This document shows, piece by piece, positions 18,256 to 28,282 of a stretch of DNA of 64,000 nt. Made by a program: the position numbers and the translations under genes. Source of the DNA: Ignavibacteriota bacterium (GTDB lineage Bacteria > Bacteroidota > Ignavibacteria > UBA10030 > UBA6906); the NCBI GenBank assembly GCA_963843525.1, contig CAWJKM010000004.1:273079-337078 (forward strand). Direction: 5' to 3'. The first letter of the stretch is position 1, and every line of letters starts with the position of its first letter. The notes under the pieces are model-generated. The model was not told the origin of the DNA and ran no database searches. It worked only from the letters and a program-made list of their open reading frames with translations.

Positions 18256-19323
18256 TCAGGCGGAGACAGCGTCGAGGACCCGCTCTCCCTTCTCCAATTC
18301 GAGGAGAGCTTGTTTTCTCCAGATTCCCCCACCATACCCACCCAGCTTACCATCTTTGTTGACGACGCGGTGACAGGGGATTACGATGGCAAGTCTGTTC
18401 AATCCATTGGAATGACCCACTGCGCGTTGCGCGTTCCGCCTGCCAATCGACCGGGCGAGCTCTTCATAAGAGATTGTCGCCCCGTAGGGGATCCGTTGCA
18501 GCGCCTGCCACACTTTGCGCTGGAAGTCGCTTCCGGGGAATTCGATGGGCACGGAAAACCGCTCCCTCTTCCGCGAGAAATACTCCGAAAGCTCTCTCCG
18601 GACCTGTTTGAGCACGCTGTTTTCACCCGGGACGATGGTTCGTTTGTAGAGGCGACAGAGCGTGGCTATCTGTGTCGCGAGCATCCGTCGCTCGGTGAAT
18701 TCAAGCAACACCAGCGAGGTGGATGTGGCTCCGGCAATCAGGGCGCCGAGCGGGCTCTCAATCCACGTCAGCAGAATCGGCTCCGTTGTCCGCGCTTTGC
18801 CCGGCGGCGTCCCGAATGCGCGGCCGAAGGCTTCACGGAAGCCGCTGTGCGATTCAAAACCATGGCCGAGAGCGACTTCGTCAAGCCGAACCCCCTTCCG
18901 GATTTCCTGAAGGGCTCTCCCGAGTCTCCGGCCGCGGCAATAACTCTGGAAAGTCATTCCGAATGTCTTCTGAAAGTACCGTCGAGCCCGTGAGGGGTCG
19001 ATCCCGAGAGAACGGATCTCGGAGTCGCGAATTCGCCGCGTTGGATCGTTGTCAACTGCTGCAAGCAGTTGTTCTACCCACGGGGGAGCGTGACCGACCG
19101 CAGTCATCGGTTTGCAGCGTTTGCACGGCCGGTAGCCGGAGAAAAGGGCCTCTCTCGGGGTGGCAAAAAACTCGACGTTCTCTGGTTTTGGCTTCCGTGC
19201 CCCGCACGATGGACGGCAGAAGATTCCGGTAGACCGAACGCCGAGAACAAAAACGCCGTCGTATGAACTGTCTCGTCGCACGTACGCATTCCGCATTTCC
19301 GTGAGCGGTGGTAACTTCGGCAT
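18256..19323 (-). CDS. ada: Bifunctional Ada: methylphosphotriester-DNA methyltransferase/AraC-type regulator plus O6-methylguanine-DNA methyltransferase
   Basis: ORF 18256..19323. It has the N-terminal Zn-Cys cluster FCRPSCGARKP...CKRC, an AraC HTH, and the C-terminal IPCHRVV active site. Confidence 0.9.
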   Translation of the reverse strand: MPKLPPLTEMRNAYVRRDSSYDGVFVLGVRSTGIFCRPSCGARKPKPENVEFFATPREALFSGYRPCKRCKPMTAVGHAPPWVEQLLAAVDNDPTRRIRDSEIRSLGIDPSRARRYFQKTFGMTFQSYCRGRRLGRALQEIRKGVRLDEVALGHGFESHSGFREAFGRAFGTPPGKARTTEPILLTWIESPLGALIAGATSTSLVLLEFTERRMLATQIATLCRLYKRTIVPGENSVLKQVRRELSEYFSRKRERFSVPIEFPGSDFQRKVWQALQRIPYGATISYEELARSIGRRNAQRAVGHSNGLNRLAIVIPCHRVVNKDGKLGGYGGGIWRKQALLELEKGERVLDAVSA

Positions 19324-19579
19324 ATCTTCTCCTCAGATGTCTGAATATATCACTGGGTAAAGAATAAGACAACTCGCTTGCGGAATCCACCGGAAAATGG
19401 ACGCTGATATTCCAGGGACACGGTTCGACTCATGGACTGCACTGACCAAGGTCGCAACTCATTACTACCAGGTGGTCACAGCACTCATGGATGGATCTGT
19501 TTTTCGTACGGGAGGATACAACCGGATGCCGCAAGCCACCGACATGGCCTGGCTCTACAAACCATGAAGGGGGCTCAAC

Positions 19580-22213
19580 TTAAATCCAATTCCTTCGCAG
19601 CAGGAAGGTTTTTGCCAGCTGAGTGAGGGTGATATAGCACAGCAGCGTCAGGGAAAGAAGCGGCCAGTACAACGGAGGCAACTCCGTGAAGCCTAGTGAC
19701 GGCGCGAGCCCCGAATGCGGGAGCCACAAGCCGATCATGATGATCATGGCCGAAGTGAGGACAAGGGGCACGCTGGGCTTGCTCTGCAAAAACGGTATCT
19801 TGTTTGTCCGGATAATATGAATAATAAGCGTCTGCGTCATGAGGGACTCGACGAACCAGCCGGTTTGAAACAACGACGATCGCGAGGGGTCCCAACAATG
19901 AAAAACATAGAGCATGATAAAATATGTTGTGTAATCAAAGATTGAGCTTATCGGGCCAATGAACAGAATGAACCTCCGTATTTCATCCATTGACCAGGGC
20001 CGGGGTCTGACAATTTGCTCAGGGTCAACATTGTCCGTGGGAATGGGAACCTGTGAAAAATCGTACAGGAGGTTGTTGGTGAGCACCTGGATCGGCAGCA
20101 TGGGCACATAGGGGAGGAATGCACTGGCACCCAATACGCTGAACATGTTGCCGAAATTCGAGCTTGCCCCCATGCGCACGTACTTTATAATATTGGCGAA
20201 TACTTTCCGGCCTTCGAGAACCCCCTCTTCCAGGACCATCAGACTTTTTTCGAGCAGGATCACATCAGCAGACTCCTTCGCAATGTCGACTGCGGTGTCC
20301 ACTGAAATCCCAACATCTGCCGCGCGCAGGGCGGGAGCGTCGTTGATCCCGTCGCCCATGAAACCGACGACATGGCCGTTGGACCGCAGAACCTGTATAA
20401 TGCGTTGCTTATGAGCGGGGGAGAGCCTTGCGAAGACCGTCGCTGTACGCGCGGCGGACAGGAGATCTTCGTCGGACATGGCATCGATGTGCGAGCCCAG
20501 AACGAGATGCTCCGTCGGCAGGCCCACGTCGTGGCACACTTTCTTGCTGACGAGATCGTTGTCGCCGGTCAGGATTTTGACGGTGACACCGTGCTTTTGG
20601 AGCGCCGCGATGGCAGGGCCCGCGCTTTCCTTCGGCGGGTCGAGAAAGGCGACATAGCCCCTGAGCACGAGGTCCCGCTCGTCGTCTTTGGAGTACGCGG
20701 CGCGGCGTTCGAGATCCTTGTAGGCCACGGCCAGAACCCGGAAGCCATCAGCGCTTAAACGTTCGTATTCATCGCGGAGGTCCTGGATCAGAACCGGGTC
20801 CATCGGAAGGATCTCATCCTCCAATTCGAACCGCGTGCAACGCTGAAAGATTTCTTCCGGCGCGCCTTTCGTCAGCAGACGATGAATCCCGTCAGGTGTT
20901 TCGACGACCACGGACATCATGCGCCGGGAAAAATCAAAGGGAATCTCATCCACCTTTTTGTGCTGTTCGACGCCATGCTGTTCGTGGATGTCCTGCCGGT
21001 GGTCGAGAATGGCGCGGTCAAGGACATTTTTCAGCCCTGTTTGAAAATGGCTGATCAGATAGGCGTCACGGAGCACCACTTCGTCCTCGTTCCGGACGAC
21101 GTCGCAGTGACGCTCAAGAATAACGTGATCGATCGTCAATGTCCCGGTCTTGTCCGTGCAGAGGACATCCATTGCGCCGAAGTTCTGGATGGAATTCAGT
21201 CTCTTTACGATGACCTTCTTCTTCGACATCAGTATCGCGCCCCGGGAGAGGCTGACCGACACGATCATGGGAAGCATTTCGGGCGTCAAACCGACGGCGA
21301 CTGCCAGTGCAAAGAAGAACGCTTCGGCCCAGTTTCCTTTTGTGAAGCCGTTGATGAGAAAAACGAGAGGCACCATGATCGACATAAAGCGAATCATCAG
21401 CCACGTGAAACGCTTGACACCCTTGTCGAAACTGGTCTCGATCTGCTGACCGGTGATGCTCCCGGCCATGCTTCCAAAGTAGGTGCGCCTGCCGGTTGCG
21501 ACGGCAACGGCCAGCGCAGTGCCGCTCTCCACGCTCGTGCCAAGGAAGCAGACGTTGGAGAACTCCAAGGGGGAAATGTTCTCCCTGGTCTCCCGGAAGT
21601 CAAACTTCTCTATGGGCAGAGACTCTCCGGTAAGACTCGCTTGAATGACGAATAAGTCCTTGGAAGAAATCACCCGGAGGTCCGCCGGAATCATATCTCC
21701 CGCGGAGAGCTTCACAATATCGCCGGGGACGATGTCCTTGAGCTGCACTTCCACGGGCTGTCCGTCCCGGATGAGCGTGGCGGTGACTTTGATCATCGCC
21801 TTCAGTTGTGCCGCCGCCGTGTCTGCCCGGGTCTCCTGGATGAATTTGAGCAGAACGCCAAGGACGATCATCAGGCACATTACCGTGCCTGCTCTGGCGT
21901 CCCCCGTGATAAACGAGAGGGCAGCAAGCGCCCCCAGCAGGACAACAAGAGGATTGCGCATGGACATCAGGAGCCGCCAAACCAGGCCGTGCTTCACTTC
22001 CTGCGCGACTTCGTTCAAGCCGTGGACCGCCCTCAGGGAGTCGATTTGAGTTTCGGAGAGACCCAGAGGAGACGCGCCCAGTTTGTGGAAAACGTCGGAC
22101 ACCTCCGCGTGCGCCGCATCAATGACGTCGGGCGAGACCTGGATAGTATTGGCGGGTTTCTTGAGAGGGACGGATAACCGGGACACCACAGCGTTCAAAT
22201 CCGGCGAGGGCAT
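19580..22213 (-). CDS. mgtA: Magnesium-translocating P-type ATPase
   Basis: ORF 19580..22213 (877 aa). It has the DKTGTLT phosphorylation motif, TGES, MGDGINDAPALRAADVGISV and MgtA/MgtB-type architecture. Confidence 0.92.
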   Translation of the reverse strand: MPSPDLNAVVSRLSVPLKKPANTIQVSPDVIDAAHAEVSDVFHKLGASPLGLSETQIDSLRAVHGLNEVAQEVKHGLVWRLLMSMRNPLVVLLGALAALSFITGDARAGTVMCLMIVLGVLLKFIQETRADTAAAQLKAMIKVTATLIRDGQPVEVQLKDIVPGDIVKLSAGDMIPADLRVISSKDLFVIQASLTGESLPIEKFDFRETRENISPLEFSNVCFLGTSVESGTALAVAVATGRRTYFGSMAGSITGQQIETSFDKGVKRFTWLMIRFMSIMVPLVFLINGFTKGNWAEAFFFALAVAVGLTPEMLPMIVSVSLSRGAILMSKKKVIVKRLNSIQNFGAMDVLCTDKTGTLTIDHVILERHCDVVRNEDEVVLRDAYLISHFQTGLKNVLDRAILDHRQDIHEQHGVEQHKKVDEIPFDFSRRMMSVVVETPDGIHRLLTKGAPEEIFQRCTRFELEDEILPMDPVLIQDLRDEYERLSADGFRVLAVAYKDLERRAAYSKDDERDLVLRGYVAFLDPPKESAGPAIAALQKHGVTVKILTGDNDLVSKKVCHDVGLPTEHLVLGSHIDAMSDEDLLSAARTATVFARLSPAHKQRIIQVLRSNGHVVGFMGDGINDAPALRAADVGISVDTAVDIAKESADVILLEKSLMVLEEGVLEGRKVFANIIKYVRMGASSNFGNMFSVLGASAFLPYVPMLPIQVLTNNLLYDFSQVPIPTDNVDPEQIVRPRPWSMDEIRRFILFIGPISSIFDYTTYFIMLYVFHCWDPSRSSLFQTGWFVESLMTQTLIIHIIRTNKIPFLQSKPSVPLVLTSAMIIMIGLWLPHSGLAPSLGFTELPPLYWPLLSLTLLCYITLTQLAKTFLLRRNWI

Positions 22214-22379
22214 GAGTCAATTCCGTTCGAGCATCTGCGCCATGGAACGTGCGTTCCGACGACGAGCAAGATATTGAACAAAAGAGGGGTGAGAAGCAAG
22301 TGGACGCGAAATTTGGTTTGCTTGTTCGGAGATCATGCGATATCTTATTTTAAAAATCAACCAGCCGGGGTCTCGAAAC

Positions 22380-23498
22380 ATGTACGCACCGTCGATCCGG
22401 ATTATCATAGCCTGCTTTCTTACGGCGGCCCTGGGGGCGAGTCCCGCATTCACTTCGCCGATCCGACACGGTCCCTTGCTGGCGCTCGGGGGAGAGTCGA
22501 CCATGACCGTCGTGTGGACAACAAAAAGCCCCGCGAAGGGATCGGTCGCGTACGGACTCACGTCTGAACTGGGTCACCGTCTTGATGACTCGGTCGTCAC
22601 GTTCATGCATGCAATTGAACTGAAGAATCTCTCCCCCGGGACTCGATACTTCTACAGGGTAATATCCGAGCACGACTCCTCCACTGTGAATTCCTTCTCA
22701 ACACTCCCCGGGGAGGGGAAGACGCTCACATTTGTCGTCTACGGTGATACAAGGACAGACCATGTCGCCCATACGAGCGTCCTGCGGGCGATGGAGCGAT
22801 ATTCCCCCGGTTTTGTGGTGAACACCGGGGATCTCGTCGCATCCAACTCAGAACAGAACTGGGATAACTTCTTTCATGATCTTTGTGATTCAACATCCAT
22901 CGGCAGGACCGCCCCCTATTATGCGACGCCGGGGAACCATGAGTTCGGGGAGATGTTCTACTGGGAAGAAGTTTTGCCTGCAAACAATCCCGACCATACT
23001 GAAACGTATTATTCCTTTGATGCCGGCGGAGTCCATCTGATTTCTGTGAATACAGAGATAGAGTTCGATCCCGGAAGCCCTCAGTACCGGTGGCTGGTGA
23101 GCGATCTCAATTCACCGGAGTGTCAGGCCGCGAAGTTCCGCATTGCCTTCTGGCACCGTCCGCCCTACAGCACCTCCCATCATGGGAGCGACCTCCATGT
23201 GCGGTCTGTGCTCTGTCCGCTGATGGAAGAACATCGTGTCGACCTCGTGTTTTCCGGTCATGACCACTGCTACGAGCGGTCGAGGCCAATCGGGGGGACG
23301 ACGTATATCGTCTCGGGAGGTGGAGGAGCGCCGCTCTATGACTTCGGTGTCGATAGTGCCTGGGTTGCCTACAAGGAGAAAGCCCACCATTTTTGCCTCC
23401 TTACCGTTGCGGGGGATTCGCTGGATGTGCGCATGATCCGTGCGTCGGACGGCGCACTTCGTGATCAACTGGTTCTTACAAAAGGAGTTGTCCGATGA
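22380..23498 (+). CDS. Purple acid phosphatase-like metallophosphoesterase, secreted
   Basis: ORF 22335..23498 trimmed to ATG 22380 (signal MYAPSIRIIIACFLTAALGASPA). Motifs are GDTR, GDLV, GNHE and GHDHCYER. Confidence 0.85.
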   Translation: MYAPSIRIIIACFLTAALGASPAFTSPIRHGPLLALGGESTMTVVWTTKSPAKGSVAYGLTSELGHRLDDSVVTFMHAIELKNLSPGTRYFYRVISEHDSSTVNSFSTLPGEGKTLTFVVYGDTRTDHVAHTSVLRAMERYSPGFVVNTGDLVASNSEQNWDNFFHDLCDSTSIGRTAPYYATPGNHEFGEMFYWEEVLPANNPDHTETYYSFDAGGVHLISVNTEIEFDPGSPQYRWLVSDLNSPECQAAKFRIAFWHRPPYSTSHHGSDLHVRSVLCPLMEEHRVDLVFSGHDHCYERSRPIGGTTYIVSGGGGAPLYDFGVDSAWVAYKEKAHHFCLLTVAGDSLDVRMIRASDGALRDQLVLTKGVVR

Positions 23499-24310
23499 GT
23501 TACGATGTAAAAGACTTTGACCTCGATGTGGTTCAGAAAAGCCAGTCGGTACCGGTAGTGGTTGATTTCTGGGCGGCGTGGTGTGGCCCGTGCAAAGTCC
23601 TGGGCCCTGTGCTGGAACGGTTGGAGAAGCAATATGAAAACAGATGGGAACTTGCAAAGGTCGACACCGACCAGCACCAGGAAATCGCGCGGGATTTCGG
23701 AATCCGGGGCATTCCTCATGTGAAAATGTTCGTCAAGGGAAAACCCACGGCGGAATTCACCGGGGCGATCCCTGAAGCTGCAGTTGTCCAATGGCTGGGG
23801 AAATCGCTCCCGGATCCGATGAAAAACGAAATCGAGCATGCAGAAATACTCCTGGGCGAGGGGAAGAAGAAGGAAGCGATCGTGCTTTTGCGCGGTATTC
23901 TTGACCGCTCTCCGGAGAATTTCGCAGCCCGTGTTCTTCTTGCGAAAGCACTATTCCCGGACAACCATCAGGAAGCCGCCGACCTGGTCGACGGCATCGA
24001 GGCGGATTCCGAGCACTTTCCCCTCGCGGATGCTATCAGGACGGTGGCGCAACTGGAATCGAAGTTGCAGTCTGCTGCATCACTCGAGGACGCCCCTGTC
24101 AAACAGCAATACCTCTCGGCACTTGAGGCGCTTTCGAGGAAAGATCTCCCCGCGGCAATCGACGGGTTTATCCGTGTCATCCGGGCTGACAAATCCTATG
24201 ACAGCGAAGGCGCTCGAAGGGGATGTATTGCCCTATTCAGAATCCTGGGCGACGAAGACCCTCTTACGAAGACAAAGCGCCGGGAATTCAGCGGCGCGCT
24301 GTTCGTGTAA
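23495..24310 (+). CDS. Thioredoxin-domain protein with a TPR-like C-terminal domain (YbbN/CnoX-like)
   Basis: ORF 23495..24310 has a 4-nt ATGA overlap with the upstream gene. It has a WCGPC active site and a helical repeat C-terminus. Confidence 0.85.
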   Translation: MSYDVKDFDLDVVQKSQSVPVVVDFWAAWCGPCKVLGPVLERLEKQYENRWELAKVDTDQHQEIARDFGIRGIPHVKMFVKGKPTAEFTGAIPEAAVVQWLGKSLPDPMKNEIEHAEILLGEGKKKEAIVLLRGILDRSPENFAARVLLAKALFPDNHQEAADLVDGIEADSEHFPLADAIRTVAQLESKLQSAASLEDAPVKQQYLSALEALSRKDLPAAIDGFIRVIRADKSYDSEGARRGCIALFRILGDEDPLTKTKRREFSGALFV

Positions 24311-24347
24311 CGAGATTTCCTGACACACCCGGAGCAAATAAGGCGTC

Positions 24348-25220
24348 ATGGATAAAATCGGTGTGGCACGGTCTTCACTCCTTGCTGCGGTCGGGCTCAC
24401 AGGGTTCAAACTTCTTGTGGGGATTTCGACCGGAAGTCTGGGGATCATTTCGGAAGCGATCCATTCGGGACTTGATCTCGTCGCGGCCCTTTTGACCCTT
24501 CTTGCCGTGCGGGTGTCGCAGAAAGAACCCGATCGGGAGCACCAATTCGGTCATGGGAAATTTGAGAATCTCTCCGCTCTTGCGGAAACGATGCTTCTAG
24601 TCGTGACGTGTGTCTGGATCGTCTACGAGGCGATTCACCGTCTGCGCACCGGTGCCCTGGATATAGAAGTGAATGTCTGGAGCTACACCGTCATCGCCGT
24701 CGCAATCGTTGTGGATTTTTCACGGAGCCGTGCGCTGTACCGCGCAGCGAAGAAATTCAACAGTCAGGCGCTCGAAGCCGACGCGCTCCACTTTTCCTCC
24801 GATATCTTCAGCTCGGCTGTCGTCCTCCTCGGTCTCGTCTGTTATACCTTCGATCTTAAAGCGGCCGATTCGATTGCGTCGATGATTGTGGCCTTGATCG
24901 TACTCGGCGTGAGCTGGAGACTCGGGAAGCGTTCGATAAGGGTGCTGGTCGACACGGCGCCCGAAGGAGTGTCACGAAACATCGAAAAGCTCCTCCAGGC
25001 CTATCCCGACATTGAAAAAGTCGAGGATTTGCGTGTTCGCTCCTCCGGTGCAGAAATTATCGTAGAGATGACGCTGGAATCCAACCCCGGCCTTTCCTTT
25101 GGAGCCGCCCATGATCTGTCGGATCGCATAGAACGCGAAATCATGAGCGCCGTCCCGCGGTCACATGTCCACGTCCATATGGAGCCGAGCGGGCACGACA
25201 GGGTTATTAAGGCAGAGTGA
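24348..25220 (+). CDS. Cation diffusion facilitator (CDF) family transporter
   Basis: ORF 24348..25220. It has HSGLDLVA and HQFGHGKFE, six TM segments and a C-terminal cytoplasmic domain. Confidence 0.9.
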   Translation: MDKIGVARSSLLAAVGLTGFKLLVGISTGSLGIISEAIHSGLDLVAALLTLLAVRVSQKEPDREHQFGHGKFENLSALAETMLLVVTCVWIVYEAIHRLRTGALDIEVNVWSYTVIAVAIVVDFSRSRALYRAAKKFNSQALEADALHFSSDIFSSAVVLLGLVCYTFDLKAADSIASMIVALIVLGVSWRLGKRSIRVLVDTAPEGVSRNIEKLLQAYPDIEKVEDLRVRSSGAEIIVEMTLESNPGLSFGAAHDLSDRIEREIMSAVPRSHVHVHMEPSGHDRVIKAE

Positions 25221-25221
25221 C

Positions 25222-26385
25222 ATGCGCCGGATTTACCTCGACCATACTGCGACAACCCCGCTCGACCTGAGGGTGCTGGATGCGATGGTGCCGTTTTTCG
25301 GAACAGTGTTTGGCAACGCGTCCTCCATCCATTCGTTCGGACGCGAAGCGAAATCCGCGCTGGAAGAATCACGATCCTCGATTGCGACCGCCATCGGGGC
25401 CGCTCCCAGTGAACTGTTTTTTGTGAGTGGTGGCACGGAGTCGGATAATCTGGCCATTCTGGGAAGCTGGCGCGCGGCAAGAAAGCGGGGTCGGGAAAGT
25501 GTGATTGTCGGAGCGGCCGAGCATCACGCCGTCCTCGATACGGCCGGGTCACTTGAAGATGAAGGAGCGGTGGTACGGCTGGCGAAGACCGACAATGGAG
25601 GGATGACCTCTTCTGCAGCAGTATCGGAGCTCGTTGATTCCCGCACCGCCCTGGTCTCGGTGATGCACGCAAATAATGAAGTCGGGACGATTAACCCGAT
25701 AACGGAGATTGCCTCGGTCGCCCATACCCAGGGCGCCCTTATGCACTCCGACGCGGTTCAGACGCTCGGGAAAATCCCCGTCAACGTGGACGCGCTCGGG
25801 GTGGACCTCCTCACGGTTTCCGCGCATAAGCTCTATGGCCCCAAAGGAATCGGAGCCCTCTACATTCGTCGGGGAACGGAAGTGGAGCAAATCATCCATG
25901 GCGGGGGGCAGGAGCGTGGTCGACGGCCGGGGACAGAAAACGTGGCCCTGGCGGTGGGATTCGCACGGGCCCTAGAAATCGCCGAGGAGAACCGCGAGAG
26001 AGAACGTGAGCGCCTGTGCTCCCTGCGTGATGCACTCCAGCAGGCATTAACATCGCGCTTCCCCTACCTTCTGGTGAACGGCTCCTCAGCCGGTCGACTT
26101 CCTCATATCCTGAATATCTCGGTGGACTCTTCGGTCGCGCGTGTGGAAGGGGAGATGCTTGTCCCGACTCTTGACCTCGAAGGCATCGCTGTCACGAGTG
26201 GATCGGCATGTACTTCGGGGAGCATGCAACCTTCACATGTCCTCCTGGCGATGGGATACGACGAGGCAACTGCCCGGGCGACAGTGAGGTTTTCCCTTGG
26301 CAGGGGGAACACGAAAGAAGACATCGTCGAGACCGTCGAACGGGTCAGCCGCGTGCTTGAACGCACCGTCCGCATGATCCAGTAA
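25222..26385 (+). CDS. Cysteine desulfurase (NifS/IscS class I)
   Basis: ORF 25165..26385 trimmed to ATG 25222 (MRRIYLDHTATTP). It has the PLP lysine in SAHKLYGPKG and the active-site Cys in SGSACTSG. Confidence 0.9.
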   Translation: MRRIYLDHTATTPLDLRVLDAMVPFFGTVFGNASSIHSFGREAKSALEESRSSIATAIGAAPSELFFVSGGTESDNLAILGSWRAARKRGRESVIVGAAEHHAVLDTAGSLEDEGAVVRLAKTDNGGMTSSAAVSELVDSRTALVSVMHANNEVGTINPITEIASVAHTQGALMHSDAVQTLGKIPVNVDALGVDLLTVSAHKLYGPKGIGALYIRRGTEVEQIIHGGGQERGRRPGTENVALAVGFARALEIAEENRERERERLCSLRDALQQALTSRFPYLLVNGSSAGRLPHILNISVDSSVARVEGEMLVPTLDLEGIAVTSGSACTSGSMQPSHVLLAMGYDEATARATVRFSLGRGNTKEDIVETVERVSRVLERTVRMIQ

Positions 26386-26449
26386 CACCTCGCCCCCCGC
26401 CCTCAAAGTCCCCCCGTCCCCCAGTCCCTTCTTCTCAACGCTCAACCCG

Positions 26450-26486
26450 ATTGTCACTTGTCAATTGTCAGTTGACAAGTGACAAT
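26450..26486. terminator. Bidirectional hairpin between convergent genes
   Basis: A perfect 15-bp inverted repeat ATTGTCACTTGTCAA (26450-26464) / TTGACAAGTGACAAT (26472-26486) has a 7-nt loop. It is AT-rich against the GC-rich background. It overlaps the last codons of the ppx-like gene. Confidence 0.5.
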
Positions 26487-27432
26487 TGCTTCTCCCCCTC
26501 TCCGCCTCTCGAAGTGCAATTCCATACCTCACTCCTCTCTCGCTCACGACTACATCGCGGAAACCAAACGCCAGCATCACCTCTTTCAGAATCCACGCGC
26601 CGGCCGTAATGACATCCGCTCTGCCGCTCAGATATGATCCTCGGCGGAGGATATCCGATACAGTCATTCGCCCGAGTTCATCGGCAAGAAATGAAACTTG
26701 CGCCAGTGTGAGGACTGCCCCGCTCACGGCCTCGAGCGAAAATTCCCTCCTGCCCTGGCTCAAGAGGGCGAGGGTGGTGGCCGTTCCGGCGACACCGACG
26801 AACCTCGAATTGGGATCGGGTTTCGGCTGAACGCTCCCGAGGGATTCCCTGATGGCGCTTCGCAACGCATCAAGCTCCTGCCCGGTCGGAGGATCGTGCC
26901 TGAGCAGGCGCTCTGTCAACCGGACAGAACCGATGTTCATGCTGATCGAGCCGTTGACAGCATCCCGGGTCCCGGATGTAATCTCCGTGCTCCCTCCGCC
27001 TATATCGACGACGGTTGCATGTTCTATATTTGTGAGCCCGCTGATTGCGCCCCGGTACGTCCAATAGGCTTCTTCCTCTCCCGCAAGGACTTCGAGGATG
27101 AACCCGGTGCGGTAGAGGACCATCTCGGCAAATTCCAGTTTGTTCTCCGCATCCCGAACTGCGCTTGTTCCGATAACAACAGTCGAACGGGGGGCGTACC
27201 GGGTGACAATATCCCGATATTCCTCAAGAACCTGGATGACCCGTTCCATGGATGCAGGGTGGAGTCTGCGGGATGCATCAACCCCTCGACCGAGCCGGGG
27301 AATCCTTTGCTCGTACACAATTGGGGTGATGGATCCCTGTAGGGTAACTTCTGCAAGCAGGAGCAAAGCGGTATTCGTCCCAACATCGATGACAGCGACG
27401 GTGATCGGGGAGGGGGGTGATTCAGTGGGCAT
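26461..27432 (-). CDS. Ppx/GppA-family phosphatase
   Basis: ORF 26461..27432. It has the ASKHA-fold motifs VIDVGTNTALLLLA, GTSAVRDA and VVDIGGGSTEI. Confidence 0.85.
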   Translation of the reverse strand: MPTESPPSPITVAVIDVGTNTALLLLAEVTLQGSITPIVYEQRIPRLGRGVDASRRLHPASMERVIQVLEEYRDIVTRYAPRSTVVIGTSAVRDAENKLEFAEMVLYRTGFILEVLAGEEEAYWTYRGAISGLTNIEHATVVDIGGGSTEITSGTRDAVNGSISMNIGSVRLTERLLRHDPPTGQELDALRSAIRESLGSVQPKPDPNSRFVGVAGTATTLALLSQGRREFSLEAVSGAVLTLAQVSFLADELGRMTVSDILRRGSYLSGRADVITAGAWILKEVMLAFGFRDVVVSERGVRYGIALREAERGRSNCHLSTDN

Positions 27433-28282
27433 GGCGAATCGCGAACGCAGCCCATTCTTCCGCAGTGCGCTCTTCTTCTACGCGAAGTCCGGCGTATGCT
27501 ATCGTGGTGCGCATACCGGGTAGCTCGCTGGTCAATATTCCTGAAAGGAACAACCATCCGTCCGGGTTCGCCCGTGCGGACAGCGCACCGAGCATTTCTT
27601 CGAGGACGTTCCTCTGGATGTTCGCCGCGACGATGTCGAACGAGCCGGCGGGGACGTCGGCCAATTCTCCCCGGTAGATGCGTAATTGTTGACTGACGCC
27701 GTTCGCCGCGGCGTTTTCGTTGGCATTCTCGTACGACCACTCATCGATATCGACTCCAACCGCGATTCGCGCTCCAAGCTTGACCGCGGTAATGGCAAGG
27801 ATACCGGTGCCGGTGCCTACGTCAAGCATAGTGCAGCCCTTCTCTATGCGATGCTCCATCATTTCGAGCACGAGACGGGTTGTTTCATGGTGTCCTGTCC
27901 CGAATGACATCTTGGGATCGATGGTAAGGACGATCTGACCGGTCTTCGCCGTGACGGGATGCCAGCTTGGTGCGATAATAATGCCCGGGGTGACCTGCAC
28001 CGGTTGAATCGATTCCTCCCACTGTGCATTCCAGTTCTGCGCGAGGATTGTCCGGATTTCGATGCGCGGCTTGCGAATGCCTTTTGCCCCGGCATAGGCG
28101 GCAAGAGACTCCTGCGTCGATGCCATTGCTGCATCGCTCCAGCGGGTATGCTTTATGTACGCACGGAGGACATCGCCATCTTCCCAGAATCCTTCGAAGC
28201 CCGCTCCGCTCAGGACTGCGACCAGTTCGTCCTGCGATGCGCCTTCGGAGAAGACGGAGAGCTCAATCGTGGAGTCACTCAT
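27422..28282 (-). CDS. prmA: Ribosomal protein L11 methyltransferase
   Basis: ORF 27422..28282. It has FGTGHHETT and the SAM motif LDVGTGTGILAI. It overlaps its neighbours by 4 and 11 nt, consistent with an operon. Confidence 0.9.
   Translation of the reverse strand: MSDSTIELSVFSEGASQDELVAVLSGAGFEGFWEDGDVLRAYIKHTRWSDAAMASTQESLAAYAGAKGIRKPRIEIRTILAQNWNAQWEESIQPVQVTPGIIIAPSWHPVTAKTGQIVLTIDPKMSFGTGHHETTRLVLEMMEHRIEKGCTMLDVGTGTGILAITAVKLGARIAVGVDIDEWSYENANENAAANGVSQQLRIYRGELADVPAGSFDIVAANIQRNVLEEMLGALSARANPDGWLFLSGILTSELPGMRTTIAYAGLRVEEERTAEEWAAFAIRHAH

Noticed and set aside
12076-19323. A genomic island integrated at tRNA-Ser.
   Set aside because: There is no integrase, recombinase or transposase downstream. 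I could find no direct repeat of the tRNA 3' end. Composition looks like the rest of the window.
22214-22334. Mg2+ riboswitch (M-box) or mgtL-type leader upstream of mgtA.
   Set aside because: The leader is at most ~120 nt and is shared with a divergent promoter, which is too short for an M-box. Only a small palindrome GGAACGTGCGTTCC (22244-22257) is present. No proline-rich leader peptide ORF is present.
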